Source of the DNA: a virus
Strand: one strand, 5' to 3'
IMG/VR virus record: IMGVR_UViG_3300022895_000010
DNA: 64,000 nucleotides
In this document: positions 40,058 through 49,672 of the stretch, piece after piece
Layout of the letters: each line of letters starts with the position of its first letter
Position numbering within the stretch: the stretch's first letter is position 1
Program-made: the position numbers and the translations under genes
The notes under the pieces: generated by a model
The model's input: the letters and a program-made list of their open reading frames with translations, nothing else
What the model was told of the DNA's origin: nothing
Databases searched by the model: none

Positions 40058-40813
40058 TTATAAAATAATATTTATTAGATTTAATATAAAATCTAAATTG
40101 GAGTTTATTTGACAATGATGCTTCATATTATCTTTGATGTCATCTAAATATAATAAATTATCTTGAATCTCAAATAAATATACATCAAAAATAATATCCT
40201 TATAATAACCTTTATCCAAATCGAAGTTAACAAAGTCATGTTTAAACTCAAGTAGGTCAGTGAATAAATTATCTTTATTATTTATAGCACTTAAGTTTAA
40301 GCAGTTCTTAAGAAATCCAAATAAATATTTTGAATGATGTTCTTTAACCTCATTTGAATAACCCTTGGTTTCAAGATTATTATCGAAGCTATTGTAATAA
40401 TGCTCCTTATTATTAATGTTTATAAAACTTGAAAAAGAACTCTTCGGTCTAAAAATATAATGGTCATTCAATTGTAAATTCTTCGGTGTTTTGTTAATAA
40501 GGTATAAAGCATCCTTCTTAATAGAAAGAACATCATCATCCCTAATCTCATTCAATTCAAAGAACTCTTTCCTAATCCTAACAAACTCTTCTATTAAGAA
40601 GTTGTTAACATCTTTATTCTTTGCAAGAAACTTACCTACTACAACATGACGTTCTTTACCCATTGCATTTAATGAATTGTAATCATCTTCACTGATTATA
40701 TCATTATGAAATAATATATTCAGACCTGCATTCTTCATATCATATTCTACAATAGGTGTATTCTTAATATATTTGATATCCCTATTAAGAAAGTTGTGTT
40801 TCTGGTACAACAT
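40058..40813 (-). CDS. Stand-alone family-B DNA polymerase palm-like protein
   Basis: IVEYDMKNAGLNIL (motif A-like) and LSIKKDALY (motif C-like). Only 251 aa. Confidence 0.5.
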   Translation of the reverse strand: MLYQKHNFLNRDIKYIKNTPIVEYDMKNAGLNILFHNDIISEDDYNSLNAMGKERHVVVGKFLAKNKDVNNFLIEEFVRIRKEFFELNEIRDDDVLSIKKDALYLINKTPKNLQLNDHYIFRPKSSFSSFININNKEHYYNSFDNNLETKGYSNEVKEHHSKYLFGFLKNCLNLSAINNKDNLFTDLLEFKHDFVNFDLDKGYYKDIIFDVYLFEIQDNLLYLDDIKDNMKHHCQINSNLDFILNLINIIL

Positions 40814-40873
40814 GTAAATTTTACACTCCTTTCTATTAGAATTACCAATATGTTCAATATAAATTAAAACTTT

Positions 40874-41206
40874 TTATTTAAACATTCTTTGAACTTGTCT
40901 TTCTTTTTCTAAACGTTCTAATTTTTTCATCATTTCATTATTTGCAACAGATTTCTTTATCATATCCTTTGTCATGAAATCAAATTGAGTAAACCATTCT
41001 TCCAACTTAACAGGTTCTTTTGTCTTTGGATTGATGAATTCAACACTATATAAGTAAGCACCTGCTTTTTCTTCAATCTTTGTATAACCAGTAATTACCA
41101 TAGGTGTTCCTTCAACATCCGCTTTTACAATACCAATCTTAGGAACTCTTTTATTATTAGTAAGAAATGCTACATCTCCAACTTCATATTCTCTTTTAAT
41201 AGCCAT
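40874..41206 (-). CDS. Hypothetical protein
   Basis: 110-aa ORF with SD AGAGGT. Confidence 0.6.
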   Translation of the reverse strand: MAIKREYEVGDVAFLTNNKRVPKIGIVKADVEGTPMVITGYTKIEEKAGAYLYSVEFINPKTKEPVKLEEWFTQFDFMTKDMIKKSVANNEMMKKLERLEKERQVQRMFK

Positions 41207-41231
41207 TTTAATTACCTCTTTCTTTTAATTT

Positions 41232-41576
41232 TTATAATGGTGTTATCATTGAAAGAGCAGGAATCTTCTCTGCTTTAAAACCTTTTTTCTCATACCATTG
41301 AATTGTAGCTTTAATATAATCATCCAATTTAGTTTTAATTACCACTCCACTTTCTTCTAAATCTTCAATTTCATCGGATCTACTAATATTGTGTCCATTC
41401 ATTTGGTATATAAGTACTTCAATATCATCATAATAATCTGGTTCTGGAATTTTCTTTTCACCTTCTATTAAAACAAACCCAACTTTCTTACTCTTATTAT
41501 TTAACATATCTGCTACATCAAATTCATAATCTCCAAAAGGTTCTACTGCTAATACTAATTTATTCATAATTGACAC
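41232..41576 (-). CDS. Hypothetical protein
   Basis: ORF with SD AGGAG. Confidence 0.6.
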   Translation of the reverse strand: MSIMNKLVLAVEPFGDYEFDVADMLNNKSKKVGFVLIEGEKKIPEPDYYDDIEVLIYQMNGHNISRSDEIEDLEESGVVIKTKLDDYIKATIQWYEKKGFKAEKIPALSMITPL

Positions 41577-41640
41577 TCTCCTAATAGAATATACCCTAGC
41601 ACATTTTTATGTACTAGGGTTTTTATTTAATCTTCCTTAC

Positions 41641-42258
41641 TTAAATAAAGTCAACATCTACCAATGCATTAATAATAGTATCAGTATCTAAACGATGTTC
41701 AGCATTATTTAATAGTTTTAAATCATAAATATTTTCTAATGATTTACGTTCTTGTTCAAGGAACTCGTTATCACGATCATTACGTCCTTCTAGACTATTT
41801 GAATCGATATATAAAATAATATATTCAATATTCTCTTCAGGATGCTCTTTGGAGTACTTAATTAAATCTTGAATACCTAGATAATTAATTACTACTGTAT
41901 TAATAATTAAATCTTGGTCTACAGATAGTTTAATATCAGATAAATACGTACCATAGCGATTACCATTAACATTTGTACGGGCAAATAAACTGGATTCAAG
42001 TTTTTCATATTGATTATCATTTACAAAATCATAAACACGATTGTCAACCTCTTCCTGACTGCGTGGTTTACGAGTAGTAACTTGATTTAATTTATTGAAT
42101 GTTACTTTTACTTTTGATTCACCATCAGCCTGTGTTACTTCATACATTTGAACTGCTTTTAATAACTTTTCAATATATGTTTTACCACTACCAGATGGAC
42201 CACAAAGTAATAATACTTTTTTAACAGGTGTTTTTAGTCGTCTTAAAGTTTTAATCAT
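41641..42258 (-). CDS. gmk: Guanylate kinase-like nucleotide kinase
   Basis: GPSGSGKT P-loop, TTRKPR..E...YDFV and GNRYGT. Confidence 0.8.
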   Translation of the reverse strand: MIKTLRRLKTPVKKVLLLCGPSGSGKTYIEKLLKAVQMYEVTQADGESKVKVTFNKLNQVTTRKPRSQEEVDNRVYDFVNDNQYEKLESSLFARTNVNGNRYGTYLSDIKLSVDQDLIINTVVINYLGIQDLIKYSKEHPEENIEYIILYIDSNSLEGRNDRDNEFLEQERKSLENIYDLKLLNNAEHRLDTDTIINALVDVDFI

Positions 42259-42399
42259 TTTCCATTACCTCCAATAATAAGTAAACTATTCTCATGTTAT
42301 AGTATTTATTTTTTCTTAAGTCCAAAGGAGGTACTTAACAAAAATAAAAGATGAAAATTCCCTTTTTATATATGAGAATTTTCACCTTAATATTAATTT

Positions 42400-43122
42400 C
42401 TAACAAGAAAGAAGTTTTAATTTAACAAGTTCTTTAAGCCATTTTTTACTATGAGAACTCATTAAGAATTTCTTATAAACATTCACATTTACCTCTTCAG
42501 CACCTTTAATAATTAAATCATTGCAAATTTCATTTAGACATTTAAGAGGAATATAAATATCATATGGATCTGAATCTCGATTAATCATTACCGATATCTC
42601 TAATACTTCTTTCTTATTTATTTCTTTTATCTTAACCGCTTTAAAGATATCAATCTTATCTATTTCAATACCGTTTACATTATGCGCTTGCATTGAACGG
42701 AAATTCATTGTCTGTTTTTCAATTTCTTCAAGATTAAATCCCTTAATCATAAATCCATCATTAACTGGAATTTCAATCTCAATATTACCATTAACACTTT
42801 CCATGTATCTAGAAAACCACTCTTTACCTAAATTGGAATTTAAGAATTCATTAATCTTAGAGACATCTCGAACATCTTTAGTTATACCTAAATCTTTAAA
42901 CAAGTTAAAAGGAATAACATAATTAGGTACAGCAGAATGAGAAGTAAATTGACCTCCAAGACTTCTATAAGATATATCACCTATATAGAAATAAATACCA
43001 TGTCTACGTTTAATAGTTCTAATAATAAAACTACCAAAGATAATCTTTCTACTATCTGGATTAACGCCTGAAATTTCAAGAAATTCTTTTATATGTTCAT
43101 CGTATCTATTCATATTAAACAT
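42400..43122 (-). CDS. Hypothetical protein with two copies of a domain shared with the upstream gene
   Basis: Start at ATG 43122 (SD AAGGAGG). FLNSNLGKEWF and FLMSSHSKKWL repeats. Confidence 0.55.
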   Translation of the reverse strand: MFNMNRYDEHIKEFLEISGVNPDSRKIIFGSFIIRTIKRRHGIYFYIGDISYRSLGGQFTSHSAVPNYVIPFNLFKDLGITKDVRDVSKINEFLNSNLGKEWFSRYMESVNGNIEIEIPVNDGFMIKGFNLEEIEKQTMNFRSMQAHNVNGIEIDKIDIFKAVKIKEINKKEVLEISVMINRDSDPYDIYIPLKCLNEICNDLIIKGAEEVNVNVYKKFLMSSHSKKWLKELVKLKLLSC

Positions 43123-43135
43123 TATTGAATCCTCC

Positions 43136-43582
43136 TTAAGCTGTATAGAAGTTTGATAAGATTCCTCTTTTTCTTCGTTTAACTCTAGGTTTAATTTCAT
43201 CTCTATAAATACGAGATTGAATTAAACTTTCAAACCATTTATTACCTTCAAATGTATTTAAAAAATCTTGTACTTCTTTAAGGCTATCGAAAGATGAATC
43301 AATAATATTCATAAATACAAGTAGATCTATATTAAAATCACTTTCCATTACTCGAATTTCATTTGTTCTTAGATTGATATATCTAGCTTTAAATCTAGCA
43401 AAGCATAAACCATGATAAGGATTTCTACCAGTAATTTCAACGTTCTGTAAATCAATAGATAATTCTTTACCATTAAAATTTTTATAGAAAGCTTCTAATT
43501 GTCTTTTATACTCTTCAATATTGATTTCACGTTTTTCATATACTTTTGTCATTTTATATACCTCTTCCTTTATAATTGTCAT
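43136..43582 (-). CDS. Hypothetical protein
   Basis: FLNTFEGNKWF motif, SD GGGGAG. Confidence 0.6.
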   Translation of the reverse strand: MTIIKEEVYKMTKVYEKREINIEEYKRQLEAFYKNFNGKELSIDLQNVEITGRNPYHGLCFARFKARYINLRTNEIRVMESDFNIDLLVFMNIIDSSFDSLKEVQDFLNTFEGNKWFESLIQSRIYRDEIKPRVKRRKRGILSNFYTA

Positions 43583-43649
43583 GTAATTATACTCCCCACA
43601 TAGTAATGGAAATAAGTATCCATTTAAGAATACTTATTTCCATTTGTTA

Positions 43650-43940
43650 TTATTGCTTTGATAGTTCTACAATTTCTTCTAATTGTCCTTCATTATAACC
43701 ATGAGTTCGTTTTACTTCTTTACCATCTACATAAAGAATAGTAACTGGAACTGACATGATATCCATTTCAATTGCTAGATCAATGTTCTCTGGTTCTTGG
43801 ACGTTCACAGGAACAATTTTAACTCCTTCTCGATCAAAGAAATCTGATACCATACGACATGGTTGACAATTGAATTTTTCAAATTTAACGATTTGTGCTT
43901 TGTCTTCTTTTTTCTTTAATAGTTCATTGATTAATGGCAT
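43650..43940 (-). CDS. Thioredoxin
   Basis: CQPC active site and IMSVP cis-Pro motif. Start set at ATG 43940. Confidence 0.85.
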   Translation of the reverse strand: MPLINELLKKKEDKAQIVKFEKFNCQPCRMVSDFFDREGVKIVPVNVQEPENIDLAIEMDIMSVPVTILYVDGKEVKRTHGYNEGQLEEIVELSKQ

Positions 43941-44025
43941 TTTTCTTTCCCCCGCAATTTGAGTAGTATAATTAATTATTATGTTTACGAGGGAAACCGT
44001 CTTTTCGAGTTTAAAAATTATCATA

Positions 44026-44862
44026 TTACTTAATCAACTTTAACTCATACTTGATTGTATAACGTTTCTTTTTCCATGATTTATACATCTTATAATAAGA
44101 CGGATGAAATAATTTAAACTTAGCTAACTTCTTTTTATAAGCTAAATAAAGTTTAAACTTATTCCATTTACTTGGGTTCATAGAAATTTCACTATCATAG
44201 AAATCAGATTCAAATGTTTCTATATCCATCTCAAGTTGTTCACAAGCACCTACTAATAACATGACATCCTTTAATTTTACGAATTGGAGAGAATCACCTT
44301 TAAGATAAGGATATACATGATTAAAATGTATAGTAGCTGATTCTTGACCTTGTTTAATAGATGCATTTATGTAATCTTCCATAAATACAGTACCCATTTT
44401 AGTATTTAATGTGTTGATAATATTTAACATGCGGAAATCAGAATTAGTTCCTTCTGAATTAGCTTTAAATAAAGCCATAACCTTTTTATCAAATGGATAT
44501 TTGTAATATTTCTTATCTATCTCACTAAAATCTAGACTATCTAAGAATGTTTCAAAACTTCTTACCGTATCAATTTGTCTTATCTTAACGATATTATAAA
44601 ATTGGTTCATTACTACTGGATATAGTTTATTATTAAAGTGCAGTCTATCTATATTACTAGGTCTTAAACCAGTCATCCAGATAAATGCACCGACTAATAC
44701 ATCAATGTCATTTTTGTTACTATTTAAAGTATTAATAATACTTTCATTACCCTTTAATTCCTTTATAGCAATGTATTCAGTGTGTTCATATTCATCTCCA
44801 TATGGAATCACTGATGTAAAGAAATTTAATGGATTATTTACAAAACCATAACTGTTACTCAT
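44026..44862 (-). CDS. Hypothetical protein
   Basis: 278-aa ORF with SD GAGGAG. Confidence 0.6.
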   Translation of the reverse strand: MSNSYGFVNNPLNFFTSVIPYGDEYEHTEYIAIKELKGNESIINTLNSNKNDIDVLVGAFIWMTGLRPSNIDRLHFNNKLYPVVMNQFYNIVKIRQIDTVRSFETFLDSLDFSEIDKKYYKYPFDKKVMALFKANSEGTNSDFRMLNIINTLNTKMGTVFMEDYINASIKQGQESATIHFNHVYPYLKGDSLQFVKLKDVMLLVGACEQLEMDIETFESDFYDSEISMNPSKWNKFKLYLAYKKKLAKFKLFHPSYYKMYKSWKKKRYTIKYELKLIK

Positions 44863-44928
44863 GTAAAATCTCCTCTATAATAAATAAAAGAATAACAGAA
44901 CTATTGTCCCATTATTCTTTTATAATTT

Positions 44929-45333
44929 TTATTTTTTGATAATTCCTTCTGGATTACGTGTAAGATCGAAAATTTCTTCAGCATTTTCGTATCCTCTAGC
45001 TTTAAGACTAGTAATAATTGCTTCACGACGAGTAACTTCAAATGCTTTCATTGAATCCATTACTACATCTTTAGGGTTGTTACCATCATCTAATGCACAC
45101 ATTAAAGTTAATTCAATAGTTGAAACAGCAGTAATAAGTGCTAACATATTACCAGCACTAGCATTCTCTGCTTGAACATTAAATGTTTCGTCACCTTCAA
45201 TACCTACTGCAAAGTAAATTACATTTCCTTTTTTCTCTTCTTGTTGTGGTTTTTGAGCTTTCATTACTGGTTCTTGAATCGCTTCCGAATCTTTGATTTC
45301 GTCTGGCATGATGATTTTTGTTTCTTTAGACAT
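44929..45333 (-). CDS. Hypothetical protein
   Basis: SD AGGAGG, downstream of an early motif. Confidence 0.6.
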   Translation of the reverse strand: MSKETKIIMPDEIKDSEAIQEPVMKAQKPQQEEKKGNVIYFAVGIEGDETFNVQAENASAGNMLALITAVSTIELTLMCALDDGNNPKDVVMDSMKAFEVTRREAIITSLKARGYENAEEIFDLTRNPEGIIKK

Positions 45334-45430
45334 AATAGTAAATCCTCCTAGATAAATTATAATTATAATTTTTGTTATTGATACTATAAAAATAAAAATA
45401 ATTATAAAATGTTTAAATCAATAACACCTA

Positions 45431-45444
45431 TATAATATATACTT
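45431..45444 (-). promoter_or_regulatory. Early-type promoter motif
   Basis: AAGTATATATTATA on the minus strand. Confidence 0.55.
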
Positions 45445-45454
45445 AAATTCATTT

Positions 45455-46162
45455 TTATTCATTCTTCAATGAAATTAAGAAATTGAAGAAGTCATCATAC
45501 TTTTTATCAAACACTTTAAAGTATTTAAAATCAGTCTTATCAACTGCTTTATCCTTAGCTTTTTCTTGACCTATATCACGACTTCTATAATGATTATTAT
45601 CAGATGCTTTAATTTCAATAATAAGATTTAAACTCTGAATGTAAACATCTGGAATATAGAAGTGGTCTTTACCATCATAACTATATTGAATAATTTGTGG
45701 AGCAGGACACATTACATCAGTTGATTCTAACCCTAAGAATGTATCTAGGAATTCTAAGAAATCATTCTCATATGTTCCCGTATAAGTAAATTTAGTTCCG
45801 TCACTCCATTCATATTCTCCTGAGATCTTTCTATTAGAAAGCATCTTCTTTTGAACATCTGGGTCATTTAGTAAATGTTCTTTACCATATTTACCGACCA
45901 TTCTTTTCTTAAATTGCTCTCTATAAGTCTTTCGGCATTTCTCAGAGCAGATTCTATCGTATTTTTCTGTAGCTTCATTAAATTTTGTCTCTTTGCCATC
46001 TACGATACATTTACCATGAGTTTTCTTATTCTTGAAATTAAAGTAGAAGTGTGCTGGAGAGAGACCATTTAATTGGTCTTCATGTTTATCTGTCATATGA
46101 GCATATAAAGCATCCTTAGTCAGATATTTATTGGTACATAATGGACATTTAAGTGATTGCAT
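45455..46162 (-). CDS. Zinc-finger plus PD-(D/E)xK (TnsA-like) endonuclease
   Basis: C2H2 finger CPLC...H....H, a second Cys cluster, and YIPDVY...IIEIKA. Start ATG 46162 (SD GAAAGGAG), late motif at 46184-46195. Confidence 0.7.
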   Translation of the reverse strand: MQSLKCPLCTNKYLTKDALYAHMTDKHEDQLNGLSPAHFYFNFKNKKTHGKCIVDGKETKFNEATEKYDRICSEKCRKTYREQFKKRMVGKYGKEHLLNDPDVQKKMLSNRKISGEYEWSDGTKFTYTGTYENDFLEFLDTFLGLESTDVMCPAPQIIQYSYDGKDHFYIPDVYIQSLNLIIEIKASDNNHYRSRDIGQEKAKDKAVDKTDFKYFKVFDKKYDDFFNFLISLKNE

Positions 46163-46235
46163 TTTAAGACTCCTTTCAGCTAATAATGTCTTGTTAATAT
46201 AAATCATAAAAGATGACTAAAAAAAAAAGATAACC

Positions 46236-46610
46236 CTACTGTATCTTTGTAGGGTTATCTAAATTAACTTTAAATTGTTTTTCGATTACATTCTTTACCA
46301 TATGCTTTTCTTCATGATCTATATCTCTAGACCACTTCTTGAATAGACATTTTAGTAAATGTTCTTTATCTTCTAACTCTTTTGTAATAAGTTTTTGCGC
46401 TTTAGTCTTTTCTCTAAATAACGTGTATTTAGCTTCTAATAGGTTTAATTGAATAAAATCATCACCGTCAAGTACTTTCAACTTAACTTCATCATTTTTA
46501 ATATCAATAGACGCAACTATACATGTAATAATAGATGTTGTTTCTTTCCATAATGAAAAGTGTACTACATCACCTATATTTTCTATTTGACCGTCCATTA
46601 CTTGAATCAT
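46236..46610 (-). CDS. Tandem paralogue family member 5
   Basis: VMDGQI..GDVV N-terminus and LF..W....VIEKQF.V C-terminus. Confidence 0.6.
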   Translation of the reverse strand: MIQVMDGQIENIGDVVHFSLWKETTSIITCIVASIDIKNDEVKLKVLDGDDFIQLNLLEAKYTLFREKTKAQKLITKELEDKEHLLKCLFKKWSRDIDHEEKHMVKNVIEKQFKVNLDNPTKIQ

Positions 46611-46694
46611 TTTAATCCTCCTAAACTTCAACCTCCCTTTAAGGAATTGCTGAAGAAGATATTCTAATTATTTTCTTGTTTAATCTTCTTCAAT

Positions 46695-47162
46695 TTATTT
46701 TCTTATGTTTGTATTATTTAAATGTCTCCAAATTGGTTCAGCCTCAGGTTCAGGAGGTAATTTAATATCTACATCAAATGTTTCCTTAATAATTTTAGAC
46801 ATAGAATATTTTTGAATTTGACCGCTTGATTCCACCCATGTATCAAATAAACTTTGCAATAAGACTTCTTTATTTCTTATTTCATCTTCATATTGTTTTG
46901 TGAATTTAATTACTGCTTTTTCAGCATTTTCCTTTGATATAAAGACATATTTTTGATACTGTTCTTTACTCAAGAACTCAAAATTAATACCTGGTCTATT
47001 AATCACTAATCTCATTGTTTTAGCTTTTGAAAAGAATCTTACATCAATTTCAGATACTCTACAATGTACAATTTTATTATTAATATTATAATCTATATAA
47101 TAAACTCTGTCTTGTTCTTTTACTTTACCATCTACTACTTCTATCTCTACATTGATTGTCAT
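46695..47162 (-). CDS. Tandem paralogue family member 4
   Basis: VVDGKVK..DRVYY and LFDTW...IQ..IIKETFDV. Confidence 0.65.
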   Translation of the reverse strand: MTINVEIEVVDGKVKEQDRVYYIDYNINNKIVHCRVSEIDVRFFSKAKTMRLVINRPGINFEFLSKEQYQKYVFISKENAEKAVIKFTKQYEDEIRNKEVLLQSLFDTWVESSGQIQKYSMSKIIKETFDVDIKLPPEPEAEPIWRHLNNTNIRK

Positions 47163-47177
47163 AATGTATCCCCTATC

Positions 47178-47600
47178 TTAATATGGTTCATTAACTTCCA
47201 CATCAAACATTTCCTTAATTGCTTCTTTCATCATCATTTGTTGAATCGGTGTATTATAACCAGACCAATTTTTAAAGAATTGTCGAAGTAAATATTTTTG
47301 ATCTTTTAATTTATTTTTATATTCCTGTTTGTAATTATCTTTAGCTTCCTTTAATCTTTTTTCAGCATCCTCTATTGTTTCAAATAAAAGATATTTGCAA
47401 CGATTTTGACTTAATTGTCTTTTATGACCATCAGGTCTATCTAGATATTGCACTAGTACAGCATTATCCTCATTACGAATTTGTATTACTTTTACTTTAA
47501 TAATCTCATCGGATACATGATAATTTAAATAGTAAAACTCATCGTTTAATTTTATTTTAGTATCAATTGATCCCATTTCAATTGTCATAATATAACACAT
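47178..47600 (-). CDS. Tandem paralogue family member 3
   Basis: FFKNW...IQQMMMKEAIKEMFDV. The start is probably ATG 47588. Confidence 0.65.
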   Translation of the reverse strand: MCYIMTIEMGSIDTKIKLNDEFYYLNYHVSDEIIKVKVIQIRNEDNAVLVQYLDRPDGHKRQLSQNRCKYLLFETIEDAEKRLKEAKDNYKQEYKNKLKDQKYLLRQFFKNWSGYNTPIQQMMMKEAIKEMFDVEVNEPY

Positions 47601-47608
47601 CTCCTATA

Positions 47609-48001
47609 TTAATATGGTGATTTAATTTCTACACCAAATTTTTCTTTAATAACTTCCTTCATACATTCATTTTGAATTGTACCGTTATTATCAATCCAAT
47701 CATCAAATAATGTCTGGAATAATACTTCATCATTCATTATTTTTTCTTTATATTCTTTTCTAAATTCAACTAATCTTTTCTTAGCATTTTCTCTTGTCGT
47801 AAATACATAACTTTTACATTGTACTGGATTGAGAAATCTTGAATAACCACTGAATAGTTCAGCATGTGTTATTCTTAAACTCTGTTCACGTTCATAAAGA
47901 TCAGTCACTTTAGATTTAATAACAGTTTCATTCTGATCGTAATTTAATACGTATACATCTTGATTTCTTTTTACCTTACCATCTGCTACTTCTACGTACA
48001 T
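47609..48001 (-). CDS. Tandem paralogue family member 2
   Basis: VADGKVK..DVYV and LFDDW...IQ..MKEVIKEKFGV. Confidence 0.65.
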   Translation of the reverse strand: MYVEVADGKVKRNQDVYVLNYDQNETVIKSKVTDLYEREQSLRITHAELFSGYSRFLNPVQCKSYVFTTRENAKKRLVEFRKEYKEKIMNDEVLFQTLFDDWIDNNGTIQNECMKEVIKEKFGVEIKSPY

Positions 48002-48003
48002 TA

Positions 48004-48405
48004 TTATACCTCCAGTGTTATATCAAATTTATTTCTAATAGATTCAATCATTATCTTCTTCTGCATACCACTCTTATCTTTAACCCATTCTTTAAATAAC
48101 TCTTTCATTACATCCTCTTCATTAGATACTTTCTTTAGTAGACCCTGTCTAATGTCTTCTAATACCATTAAAGCATTATCTCTATCTTTAAATAATAAAT
48201 GTTGTGGTTGTATGTGGTTGCGGAAAAATGCTAAACCTCCACGGAAATATTTCGTTAATGTACCACTTCTTAATATAGGAAAGGCTTCATCCTGATGTCT
48301 AGATATTGATAGAGTACATTTATGAATCTTATCATCAAATATATAATAAACAGTATCTCCTTTTTCAATAAATCCATCTTGTACTTTAAATTTCTGATTA
48401 TCCAT
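48004..48405 (-). CDS. Tandem paralogue family member 1
   Basis: VQDGFI..DTVYY and LFKEW...MQ..IRNKFDI. ATG 48405 with SD GGAGGAG. Confidence 0.6.
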   Translation of the reverse strand: MDNQKFKVQDGFIEKGDTVYYIFDDKIHKCTLSISRHQDEAFPILRSGTLTKYFRGGLAFFRNHIQPQHLLFKDRDNALMVLEDIRQGLLKKVSNEEDVMKELFKEWVKDKSGMQKKIMIESIRNKFDITLEV

Positions 48406-48476
48406 GTGTTCATTCTCCTCCAAATAGTTAAAAATAATAGTATTAGGAATATAATTTCATCCCTAATACTATTATT

Positions 48477-48812
48477 TTATGATTTCATACTTTCAATAAC
48501 TTTCTTAATATCTTCTCTTGGTTCAATCTCTTTTTTCTTGATTGGTAGCTTTTCTAAAACGATTATTAGAAGAGAGTGTTCCCCATTCACTATCTTCTCA
48601 ATCATACATTTGTTTGTTAGATGATTTATTGTTAGATTTACAGGTTTAGATAGTATCTGACATTTCTTCATATCTGAAACAGCTTTCGTTTTATGTTTTG
48701 CTATAGTTTTCTTAAATTCAACAAAAGCAACATCTTCTTCTTCAAAGAATAATTCAGATAAAATTGTATTATCTCTATCTAACTCTTTCAATCTAAAAAT
48801 GTAATCCTCCAT
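48477..48812 (-). CDS. Hypothetical protein
   Basis: SD AAGGGG, late motif at 48839-48850. Confidence 0.6.
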   Translation of the reverse strand: MEDYIFRLKELDRDNTILSELFFEEEDVAFVEFKKTIAKHKTKAVSDMKKCQILSKPVNLTINHLTNKCMIEKIVNGEHSLLIIVLEKLPIKKKEIEPREDIKKVIESMKS

Positions 48813-48859
48813 ATAATCATCCCCTTAGCACTTAATATTAATATTTTGTTTTATTAATA

Positions 48860-49150
48860 TTATTCTTCGTTGAGTGCAAGAAGCTCTACTTTATGCATAA
48901 ATCTATAAGTCTGTCCTGTAACATTTTTATGTTGATCTTCTTCAGGTACTTTGGATAAGAACATTTCAAGTGGTCTTGTATGTTTTAAACAATCTCCATA
49001 TAAAGCCACATAAGCTACATAATATTCCCCAGTTTCAGTATGTCTAAATACATCATGGATAAAGTATCCTTTATTTTTATAATGTCTATAAATAGTATTC
49101 GGTTTAATCTTTCTATCTAATATTGTTTTATTCTCCGCTATAACTACCAT
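48860..49150 (-). CDS. DUF1653-family protein
   Basis: YRHYK..Y......HTETGE..V.Y.ALYG....RPLEMF...RF signature. Confidence 0.85.
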   Translation of the reverse strand: MVVIAENKTILDRKIKPNTIYRHYKNKGYFIHDVFRHTETGEYYVAYVALYGDCLKHTRPLEMFLSKVPEEDQHKNVTGQTYRFMHKVELLALNEE

Positions 49151-49173
49151 AATTAATCTCTCCCTTTAATATA

Positions 49174-49488
49174 TTATCGACGTTTAATAATAAATGTAGT
49201 CCCTCTTCGTTCTGCAATTTTATATTTTGTCATATCAATATCTTGTTCTTTCTCAGCTTTAACTTGATAGTATGTAGTTCTGAATCCATCCATGAATGGT
49301 ATAGTAAACCAAGCAAAGAATGTTAGTATTAAAAAGATTGAAGTAGTAATTAATAATCCAGTATTTTTATTACTAGTTGCTATATTCTGTACAAACATAC
49401 CTCCTACAAATAATAAGCATGTTGTTAGAATAATTAAAACTAACTGCCATAATACTGTTACTGATTCAAATGTGTAAAGTATTTCCAT
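49174..49488 (-). CDS. Two-TM membrane protein
   Basis: SD GGAGGAG and two hydrophobic helices. Confidence 0.6.
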   Translation of the reverse strand: MEILYTFESVTVLWQLVLIILTTCLLFVGGMFVQNIATSNKNTGLLITTSIFLILTFFAWFTIPFMDGFRTTYYQVKAEKEQDIDMTKYKIAERRGTTFIIKRR

Positions 49489-49581
49489 GACTTCTCCTCC
49501 TATATATTATAATATTGAAATATATTTTTAACTTTAAAATAAATAAATTATATAAAAATAAATTTATATTAAAGTCATCTT

Positions 49582-49595
49582 TATAATATGTATTT
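49582..49595 (-). promoter_or_regulatory. Early-type promoter motif heading the leftward small-gene cluster
   Basis: AAATACATATTATA on the minus strand. Confidence 0.55.
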
Positions 49596-49635
49596 AATTT
49601 TAGCTATAAAATTTTTACAAAAAAATATTTAATTT

Positions 49636-49647
49636 AACATTAAAATA
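49636..49647 (+). promoter_or_regulatory. Late promoter motif AACA-N6-TA
   Basis: AACA-ttaaaa-TA 25 nt before the baseplate gene. Confidence 0.5.
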
Positions 49648-49672
49648 AATAAATTTAGAATATGGTGATTTT

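Noticed and set aside
43974-45413. Near-miss late promoter motifs (43974-43985, 45365-45376, 45402-45413, and also 21551)
   Set aside because: AACA is present but there is no TA at the required spacing, so these were not counted.
45455-46162. Tn7-like transposon suggested by the TnsA-like nuclease
   Set aside because: No TnsB/TnsC and no terminal repeats. Stand-alone nucleases of this fold are common in large phages.
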